From Styela clava (lineage: Eukaryota): a DNA stretch of 64,000 bases. A program made the translations under genes and the position numbers. Shown here piece after piece: positions 54,295 through 64,000 of the stretch. The DNA lies in contig NC_135251.1 in NCBI RefSeq assembly GCF_964204865.1, forward strand, positions 21,948,001-22,012,000. The letters run 5' to 3'. The notes beneath the pieces were generated by a model that worked only from the letters and a program-made list of their open reading frames with translations, had not been told where the DNA came from and did not search any database. Position 1 is the stretch's first letter. Every line of letters starts with the position of its first letter.

Positions 54295-56042
54295 TAGAGC
54301 TCGACCGATATCACTTTTTGGCACCGATACCGATAACGATATATCGGCCAACTAGTGACCGATAACCGATATCGACATACCGATATCTACAACCTGAACC
54401 CGCGATAAATACAAACAGAAAGAAAAATTCAGTTTCAGTCAATCAAAAGTTTATGTTGAAAAATAAAGCAGTCCTACACAGTGCTTGCATCATTGATAAA
54501 AGTTTCACAGCAATTAATAAGAACACACATTAATGCACAAAACTGAAGGCAAAGTTTGAAAAAACCAAGCACGAAAGAAAAAGGGCAATCAGTAAAAAGC
54601 TTATAGAAGTCCACTTTGATCCATACAGTAGTAGGTGGGGACTAGGCTTGCACGTAATTTAGGGAATTACGTAATTATTTCGAGTTACGGAAAGAAAGTT
54701 ACAAATTACGTAAAGTCGCCATCCCGTTTGAGCGTTTGGTTTCACGATCAAAATGATATTATTATGAGCGTTATCACCGTAACGCAATTAACACCGACAG
54801 ACTTTTTTGTCTTCACGATTTGGTATCTTTTTTATTCGGCGCTGATAACGATAAATAAGAATGTGTGATAGTTGATTGTAATTCCGGAAGGCGTATTTTT
54901 CTTTCTCTCCGTGAAACAGACATGAAACGAATTTTACCGCCGCTATGGAGCAAAGGGAGAGAAGGCTACTTTATTTTCCCGACTCAAACACTTTTATTAA
55001 TACAAATTACAGCACATTAAAAAACAAAATAGAATTTATTAGCATTAATTTACAACGAGTTACGGGTAAGAATTTACCGCCGGCTAAATAATTAATATGT
55101 GATCTAAATTTATCGCAAATAATGTTATAACATTTAGGCCGCGAAATGATCTGATATAAAATGAAGCTTGGTAATCGGAATATCGTCAATAATTCAGCAT
55201 CAATAATTATTGCAAAATGCTAACTAGGTAGCAAAGTCGGATAATGTAAAAAACAGAGCAATAACAAGTGTTCGTCGCGAGGCAAGCGCAGGTAAAATCA
55301 AACGAAAGAATACGCTCGTCGTTGATTAATAACTTGGAAACCCGACATTTTTATTCAATACGAAAGTCGATTTAAAAAAAAGGCAACTATTGTTTCATAA
55401 ATATCCGTATACCAGTGTTGGTAATGATAAAATTGATCGCATAAAATTGGGACGGTTAATTTCCGAAGGTGATAAAGGAAAATCAAATCAACACAAAAGA
55501 TAAAAATCAGAATAAATACAATTTGAATTCACTCCTTGGTATTTGTCTTTAACATCTGTCGCCGGCGTGTAGTACTGTCGGGATATGAAAACCAAACTTC
55601 GATGTCCCATTCGGAAAAGAAGTGGTTTCAAATGGTTTTTATGATAGGTTTAAATGCGTGAAAAAATATCGCAATTACGGGGTCATTACGTAATCGATTT
55701 TGCCGTAATTACAAAATTGATTTTTGTCGATTACGTGCAAGTCTAGTGGGGACGCAAGATATTCGAAGGCGAGGATTTTGCGCCGCACGAAGAGATAAAA
55801 GAGAGAAATATAGAAGAGAACTCTCTGTTCATTGAGAGGCAAAATGAGAGAAGCGAAAAAAAGAAAACGCTCGGCCGCAGATATTTCCCGGGGAAAAAGA
55901 CTCATTTTTTAGAACGTGGAAAAGAGACTAACGCTGATATATATCGGCCAGATATATCGGCCGGTTGGGCCGATATGATATATCGGCAAACACGCAATAT
56001 CGGCCCGATATATCGGTTGGCCGATATATCGGTCGAGCTCTA
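54295..56042. mobile_element. Non-autonomous hAT-like DNA transposon (outer element)
   Basis: Perfect 17-bp TIRs TAGAGCTCGACCGATAT / ATATCGGTCGAGCTCTA; dense subterminal CCGATA/TATCGG repeats; no transposase ORF; TSD not clean. Confidence 0.88.
54643..55745. mobile_element. hAT MITE nested inside the outer element
   Basis: TIRs TAGGCTTGCACGTAAT / ATTACGTGCAAGTCTA (1 mismatch); perfect TSD GTGGGGAC at 54635-54642 and 55746-55753; subterminal CGTAAT/ATTACG repeats. Confidence 0.92.
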
Positions 56043-57834
56043 AATTACTGGGTTTATTAAATGAGGTAATCTATATCTCAAACCCAAAAGCCTTCGGCCC
56101 TTGCAAGTACAGATGGAGATACTAAACAAAGATATACCTTAATTGTGTTTACTTAATTAGAATTTAAAAATAGTTTACAATAACTCGAGGAAGTAAGGAA
56201 GTGCTTTATTTTGGTAAATAATGTCACATGATATGGTAAACATTGTGCTATTTTGAAACTGTATTTGATTATGAAGCAATTCCGTTAGTAGACATTATCC
56301 ATGGCAACTTTTTGAGTTCTGAGGTAAATACATTTGTTTAGTTCAATAGAGAATTCCATGGAAACCCGTACACCCATATCATATTGTTTAGAATAATCAA
56401 ATATCTATATAAAACAGGAAGATGGTTAAATGAATGTATTTGAGAGGCCCCGATATCACACGTAATCGTGGGCGAAGAAATGTTCGTTTGCCAAATCGGG
56501 ATTGCATAGGAGGAGGAGATATTGAACGGGGTAATTTCAGAAAACTTGTAATAGCTTGATTTCATAGCGGTATTATTTTGATTTCATAGCGTAAAAGTTT
56601 GTTATCTATTTGCATTTCTGATAACAAATTGTGAATTGCAATATAGGACGCATCTCCATAACATATAATTTAGCATTTTCAGTTTCATATTGTTTCCCCG
56701 GGGAAATACATCATATTATATTGATTGTGCTTCGACAGTTACTCAACGGTCATAATGCTTGTTCATACTTACGACGCATTCTTCGTTGTCAATAATAATT
56801 TAATGTTTACGGGCATTTGCTTAGCCCTGGTCGTCATCTACTAAGCGTGGGAAAATTGACTCTTTTTGACTCAATCAGACCACGAATCAAGCCTAAAACA
56901 AAGTATTCATATTCGTTATGACTTAGCTCACACGAACGGCGATTTGGTTCCACTCTCCATCCATGGTTTAATCGATGACGTTCGGGCGCGATGGTGAAAT
57001 AGTTGGGCTCAACAATATTAGTGACGCATGTGTGAGATCTCGTGTCTTACTTCTGTATCAATCAAAGTGTTAGGGAATGCAAAATAAGAAAGATTCTGGT
57101 CTTCATAGAAATAGTAGATCCATACGTATCAGCGGCTGCTGAGTCATGTTCGTAGCGAACGTGATAAAGACGTCTGACTGTGCTCAGAAGACGACGTGCT
57201 CCGACTAAAATTCTTCCTTAAAAATTATACCTGCCCGCGTATCAAGTGAATATCGTATAGCGCCTCGCTCAAAATAAAGATGTGAAAACGTGGGACTGTC
57301 TGTTGTTTGAGACGTTACTTATTTACACTATAATGCTATAAACCTGTTTTTACTTACCATGTCCGCATAGATTGCGACATATATGCGCAAGACAATCGCA
57401 GTAACCAAACAACAGGTCTGTTGATGCGAAAGAATCAACAGGAGAAGGGGAAAGGATCAACTGGCGGGGGAGTTGTCACCTGATACACCACCCCTACAAG
57501 AATGACGGGAAATTGTTAGGTGGGAGGTGGGTGCGACTGCATATAACACTGAGTATATTCTACAAATTCATAGCAATTGCGCTACAAGAGTAATGTCTAT
57601 TTAGTATGCTTTTTGTGTAGGCACCGGGCTGCAAGACCTAACCACGCTTCGCGTCAACATCCTAACCATTTTTCACAAATACAAAACACTCGGGAAATTG
57701 TTATTGTGTGATACAGCGAACTTTCATGGGCACATCAGGGTTATACCAAAATTCACAATTTTTAAGTCGCGTTTTATTTCAATAAACAAAAAAAAAATGA
57801 AATAAATTTTAGAAATTCAAACCACGCAACACAT

Positions 57835-57837
<3 letters not shown>

Positions 57838-57882
<45 letters not shown>
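57838..57882. repeat. (ATC)15 microsatellite
   Basis: Perfect trinucleotide run. Confidence 0.97.
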
Positions 57883-57885
<3 letters not shown>

Positions 57886-58032
57886 TGGAATATAATGAAA
57901 ATCGAAGTGCAAGTTCAGTAAGTGTATCAATATGCATTAAACGCCTTTAGAGACTATCCATTGGTAATAAATTATTAAAAGAGTCATAAAACGAAACGTT
58001 CCTGTTCACATTGTGGTGGAGCATTATTATTT

Positions 58033-58566
58033 CTATCTTCGTCGTTTGGGTGTACCACCCGCAACAAGAATCGGCGTTGTTCCAGCCATACTGGACGGCT
58101 TTTTCACAATGACACGTCCTTTAGAAACCTTGAAAATATAATATTGTACTTGTCAATAAAACATCAAATCACACAGTGCTGGACATTGTCAGCTCGCTTC
58201 GAGCGTCTTGTCAGGAATATGCTTGCCACCCCTCCACCCTACGTGGGTTCGCAGATACGAATCCCGATAGGGTATGAATATGTGCCACAGATTGTGGGAC
58301 TCCCCGTCGTCGTATGGTAATACACGTAACCGCTAGTCGATTACGACATAATTCAGCACCAATTTCATGCATCTGAAACAACTGGTATACTCGATTACTC
58401 GATTAACTGGTAACCAGACGAGAAGCCTGGGTTAACGATTGAAATAAGTCATTTTATCGCTTTTTCTCTCCATCGTGATAAATATGAAATTCCTATCCTA
58501 CCTTACCATTTGCAAATCCCGATCTAGTAGGCTACGCCGTGATCGCCGGCATGCATAACATGAAGA
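58033..58566 (-). CDS. Probable last two exons of a secreted, possibly ZP-domain, protein (partial)
   Basis: Exon 58507-58566 (SSCYACRRSRRSLLDRDLQM, GTAAG donor) joined in phase 0 to 58033-58128 (VSKGRVIVKKPSSMAGTTPILVAGGTPKRRR*). Cys followed by a furin site and a VSxGxVIV patch resembles the ZP cleavage-site/external-hydrophobic-patch tail; AATAAA at ~57774. Upstream exons not found. Confidence 0.4.
58215..58500 (+). mobile_element. Diverged copy of the tRNA-derived SINE
   Basis: cgtgggttcgcagatacgaatccc, cacgtaaccgctagtcgattacg, ggtaaccagacgagaagcc and gataaatatgaaattcctatccta are colinear with 31324-31662. Confidence 0.85.
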
Positions 58567-60662
58567 CTAAAATCTGTCAAGCTAATTGGTTCAGAGTTTA
58601 TGTGTTTGAAGTAACGTTTTATAACCAATTTTGTGAACATAATAAGGGTACCTGCCACCTTCCATTCAGAAGTAGATCAGTGGCCAAAGGTAACAAAAAC
58701 TAAAAAAAAAAACGTTTCCGGTTATGTACCATAATAAAAGGAGCTTTGTCGTCAGTATATCGCGTAGTTGCAATCCATAGGAAATTTATCATGCTGTAGA
58801 TGGGACATGGCGTACATTATTCAGTGAAGTTGTGCGAGAGAATGCCATGCAAATTTTGCACAGCCATGCTATATAGTAGCAGCAAAGACGTATTCTCAAT
58901 GGTATTTCGTGATGTAAGCACGTCAATAACTTTCTCTTTAAAAGTGCCATCAACTTTTGAAAAGTGCGCCAATTTGACAGCAATTTTGAGGTGGATGCAT
59001 AATACAGTTACCCAGCGATTCCGATTACTTCGACTTAACATTTATACTCGGCATACAAGATAAAAATAGCATATAAACGCATGTGAATAGAATGAATAAA
59101 ATGTTAAGTTTTGCGATTATTTTTAAACACAATATGTGAGTCTGGAATATGTCGTTAGTGACGGATTGTGGCGCCATAACTTGGTGAACCAATAGGCTAC
59201 TTTCTGTAAATTTTTACACTGTAAAATATACCCAAATACGGTAACAGAAATATATTTTAAAATTACGTATTTAATATCTTTCTGGTGATGAAATGTGTAC
59301 AATAAGAAAAGGTTTTTATTCGAACACAAAAACGAATTTTACAAATATTAATTCCCGAAAATGATCCCGTTGTCTTTTGTTATTTTCCCCCCACCCACCT
59401 CCTCTGTTACCTTACAAAAATATTTTGAAATGGATACTTTTGCAAACGATGACATTGGATTAAGTAAGAAACTAGTTTCTATTTGATCCGAGAATTTTGA
59501 CATTTTTTAAATGACTTAATATGAGAAAATTACGGGACGAAATCAACCGAAAAATATATTCAGCCCATACTTGCCCACATATTCCAGGGTACATATAAGG
59601 AGAATTTCCCATATACAATCTTTTGAAAATCAAAAGCCTGCAATATTATTGAAGCGAGCAAAGCGTGTAATATGATGGAACACACGACGAAGCCCTCGCA
59701 AACATTTTATCACAAATAAAAACGGCTATTGGAAGTTAGGAGAAAGTGGCAGAAGTACCGTTTGGGGATTTCCACGCGATCAAATGTTTTGTTTAGCCTT
59801 ATTTGGTTGCAGTTTTCGATGGTCACGCAACCCTATTGGGCGACATATGATGCAGAAATGATAAAAAATTATTGATACATTAATGAACAATGCGGAATAA
59901 TACCGATAAATGTGTTTCTAATATCTTAACAACCAGTTTGAGACCAAAGTGCTTTCTCTCGGGTGTAAAATCTATCGAATGGGGTTCCAATTTAACCTTT
60001 TCGATTTGTTAAAAGAGTGTTTATATGGATGGATGTTATGCTCAATTATAACAATTATCAAAAATTTTACCCAGTTATATTGAAAAGCGCAAATAATTAA
60101 AACGACAGTCTCGTAATGGCAGAAATTCTCATTGTTGTTTTCATTGCAGCCAAGTACGTCATATCAACTTGATGAGGGTAATGTTTGTTTATTGCGACAT
60201 TGCTCCCATTGCGACATTGCTCCCAAATATGGGATCGGAGTTGAACGCAACGAAATTTTTTAGTTATGTGTGTGGGCGATTTGTCCAAAATTCGATTGCA
60301 AAACTAAACTAGCATGATACAATTGAACGACACATGATGTTCAACGATGTATCATGCATAGCCAGCTATCGACTATCAATCAAAAATTTTGAAAAAACTT
60401 CGAAAAGTAACTGGGTTTATTGTTTTTTTGCGGCAGTAAAAAATAAATAACTTGCCATGCATGCATTGGTTTTGTGTACCGTAGATCTCTATGTAGCGTT
60501 TATCTTTGATGAGTACATAGAAAACTCAACCAACTGCGAGCAATGACGCAATTGCCGGCTAAGTAAAACTTCCACCGACAATTGTCTTGAACACATGTAA
60601 ACATAATTCAACCCACGCAAATTCCATTACCCTCAGATATTGTTCTATCTTTATATTTGTAC

Positions 60663-60732
60663 TAAATCGGGTATGTGCGAATGATAAATCGCGCCGCCGA
60701 GGCGCGGTTTATCAATAGCACATAGCCGATTA
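60663..60732. repeat. ~70-nt near-perfect hairpin
   Basis: aatcgggtatgtgcgaatgataaatcgcgcc-gccga-ggcgcggtttatcaatagcacatagccgatt. Confidence 0.75.
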
Positions 60733-63700
60733 AAACAGTTTTAACTGAATAATGTTCGTAACTTTACTGTATATTCCGCCGCCTTACTTGGTCCTTAATT
60801 AAAGCACCTGATATGGCTGACATAAGGCCGGTTATTTTTCGCGTGCAATTACACATTATGTTAGCCGGACAAATAAACGTGATGGATTAAAATTGGAATT
60901 CGACGTAATGTGTCGTTTATGAAAAAAAATTTCGATAGAGCTTCATATCTACCCTACTTCCTAATTTTCAATCCCTTTGTCATGCCGATTAAAATAATTG
61001 CCTTACGCAAGGTTCAACCGCTCAGTCGTGAAATATGGAGCGTGATAAAATAGGTATTGATGTAATAAAACTGAGGACTATATGAAATTTAATGAAGAAC
61101 TATAAATACGTGGACGTGAATTACAGATATTAATGAATGAAGTATTGGACATGAATGGATCGTTTTGTTGTTGTTATTGTTGTTTAGTGGTGATATTCTT
61201 TTTCTTGTTGTTGTTATTTTTGTTGTTGTGAAACAATTCTATCGTTAATTATAGGACCAATTGCTTTGACAATTTCAGTGGTTGAAGATTGTATTTTTCG
61301 CTGGAAGGCTACTTTCATTTATTTCAAAAATTTCTGTGGGCTTTATGAGATTTGTCATTTGTGTGCGATGACGTCGTCGAAATTAAAAACTGCGAACCTA
61401 GTGGCGGTCTAGCGTTCGCGTTGGTTGTTTTCTAGCGGTCAGGCAAAGTCGTGAAGGCTCCGGTAAGGGTACTCTACTGTAAAAGATCGCATACCCGTGG
61501 TACTCGTGGTCGTTTTGATTTTCGTGTCCGCATATATCTGAGCATAGCTTTTCTTGTTTTAAATATAAATTTTTAATTTGCGTGAATTGCGCGATACGTG
61601 TATTACTGGACTCACACTCAATTTGCCATTCCAAAATTACCATTACCGTATTGTCAAATTTGATATTAACATGAATGGTCTTTCATTAAGCGCTTTACTT
61701 GCCCCGGCATTAAGTAGGCCAATTTAACCAATTAAATAGGGTGGGCTCTCTCAATATTGAAAACACATCCGGAAAAATTAATACAAAGATGATAATACTT
61801 CACACCAATAATTCAATATTACTACTATTGACTAAACATCCGATTTGAAAATTTCTTCTTATGAATTTTACTTTAGATATCAGAATAGATTACCGGTCAT
61901 TCTGAATAATAATTGACTTTGATCGGCTATGGGATTGTAATATGAATGCGCTCGTGGAAATTTTTGATAAAAGTTTTATTGAACAAATTGCCCGGCACCA
62001 AACCTCACACGAAATAACATTTACGCAATAGAAATCTTACAGGCAGCATATCCGGGGATACACCCCTTGTTTTTACTAAACCATGATTCATATATGACAA
62101 GTTTTTGAATGGAACATAACAAATTATAATATTTTATGGACGCTTTGTCATGGCGCCGTCGCGATTGTACCACATCGTATATTTGATAAAAACCAATAGA
62201 TAAATCAATATGAAAACATACACTAAAAAACTCCGCCTTGAGCTATTTCCACGAATAGAGTGGGAAATCATACAAGACACGCGTTTTGAGAATTTTCTAA
62301 TATATCTGCATTACCTACTGTGAACAAATAAAGTCGCGGCTAAAACTCGGGCCATGAGTGATGCATACTTGACATTCAATATCGGTGAGATTGTCTTGAA
62401 CACAACAAGTGACTAATGCGCGTATGCTTGACAGCTACTGGGAGTAATATAATCAGTGGCATATAGCTAGCCATCTGACTCCATCTTTTTTTTCAACTAT
62501 CCTAACTTCCCGTCGCATCATCAACCTGGGGACACATTTATATGAATATTTTCCTGACAAACACAGATGAAAATTATAACGTATACGTCATCGAATGATG
62601 TCACCTTATGGGGTTTGTAATCAAAATTTACCAGTATCAAATTAAAAAAATCAACCAAGGAAAATAATCTTTTCATAAAACTGACAAAACTAGATTCATG
62701 TAAAATATAATATTGTTTGTATTACGTTGTATTTAAACAATAAACTTTATATTATATAAAATTTATGCTAACAGGTTTATCAATTATTTCCCCTGGTTGA
62801 CGTTTTTTGCGCCATCGGTGATTTATAAATTACAATACCCTGCGGTGACATCAACCAATGACGTATTTATTTTGTGAATCTCCGTTGCTGTTAGTTGCTA
62901 GTTTAGTTTTGAACACAAGATGTCACGGGTTGTTTATTATTTATTTAACCACAGTGAAATACGGTAGTTTAAAAAACTGAGAATGACCATTGACGTCAAT
63001 GGATGATGTAAAGATATTGAGTTTGTATTCCTTCACTTCTGTATAATTTATAATAAAGTAATTGTAAAGTCAATACTGGTTTATTTCGCTTTGCTTTTCA
63101 TACAGTCTATCGACTATCTATACATATGTGACACGTTATAGTGGCGCTCATTACGCGTAATTCGTCCACATTGGGCCATTTAAAAATCAAAAATACGTCA
63201 CTTTTATGATGATCACAACCAAGTACAACAATACTTCTATGATGCATTGAGGGTTTGAGGCATTTAAAATATTGTATTGGGACTATTGAATATGCAAACA
63301 ATTGAACTACTGAGCATATAAAAAATGTTTTTCCGGGGTATTTTATTTTCACATGAAGCAAAATCTAACGACTTGCTTATCATCACGCCCCGTCCCGGGG
63401 TACGGCACCGTGATCATTATTTTTAACCCTACAGTGTGAGTGACATTAATTTTACAATTTCGAAATTGCTAAACATGTATTTCAACTACAAATAATTTAG
63501 AACATTCACAGACGAATTTGTTGTACACAATTGAATGTGGAAAGTGTTGCTGAAAATAGTACGGCTGCGGCGTGTGCTAAAAATTAATTGTAATAAATAT
63601 TTTTGGAAAAAATATTCAACTGTATTTAAAAATCATTCATCTGATAACCATAGAGTATTTTTTAAATTTATTTTAATATGCTATGTTTTATCATGTTCCG

Positions 63701-64000
63701 TTTTAATACAGTCAAATACGTAATTTGGCATCGGAAATTCCGATATGACGTTTATGAGCGAGAGAAGTTATCAGAACAATTATTAACGAGATTAAATATG
63801 TGGATTTTACCCCAACGAGACCACGATGCGGAACTGATGATGTTCAATCGCGAAATGGTGAAATTGTGGTCAAAGTTTAATTTTAGCTTTTTCCCAAAAT
63901 AGCGTAAAGTCACGAATAGAAGCTTTTTTTTACCTCATAAAAATTACTTTCCCGTATTTATATATTCAACTGTCCTTTATGGATAAACTTTATTAAAAAG

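Noticed and set aside
58600-64000. ORFs at 58789-59063, 61398-61643 and 63107-63361 as upstream ZP exons
   Set aside because: No ZP-like Cys/aromatic pattern or compatible splice phase was found.

Overview
AT-rich animal genomic DNA with short GT-AG introns. It is probably from a marine invertebrate, and a tunicate is my inference rather than something shown. The ORF track mostly shows exon fragments, so I assembled spliced gene models by hand, checking splice sites and phases. (1) Four paralogous genes (6.2-8.6, 33.6-37.2, 40.7-43.4, 50.0-53.3 kb) encode secreted proteins: signal peptide + galaxin-type di-cysteine repeats + a very basic C-terminal NTR/C345C-like (netrin/TIMP-fold) module. 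One paralogue carries an internal two-exon duplication. (2) A housekeeping block splits this family: MED6 (+, 7 coding exons, one 8.75-kb intron) lies tail-to-tail with a compact minus-strand set of mitochondrial genes. These are an intronless NDUFB4 with an added presequence-like N-terminus, and an NME6 whose second exon can splice in frame to a METTL12/CSKMT methyltransferase exon that has no usable start of its own, giving a predicted 382-aa NME6-METTL12 fusion. (3) A possible ZP-domain gene 3' end lies near 58 kb. (4) Repeats include hAT-type MITEs (three with perfect 8-bp TSDs, one nested), tRNA-derived SINEs, hairpins, a tandem duplication covering both convergent stop codons, and a microsatellite. 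No CRISPR array, rRNA or genuine tRNA was seen.
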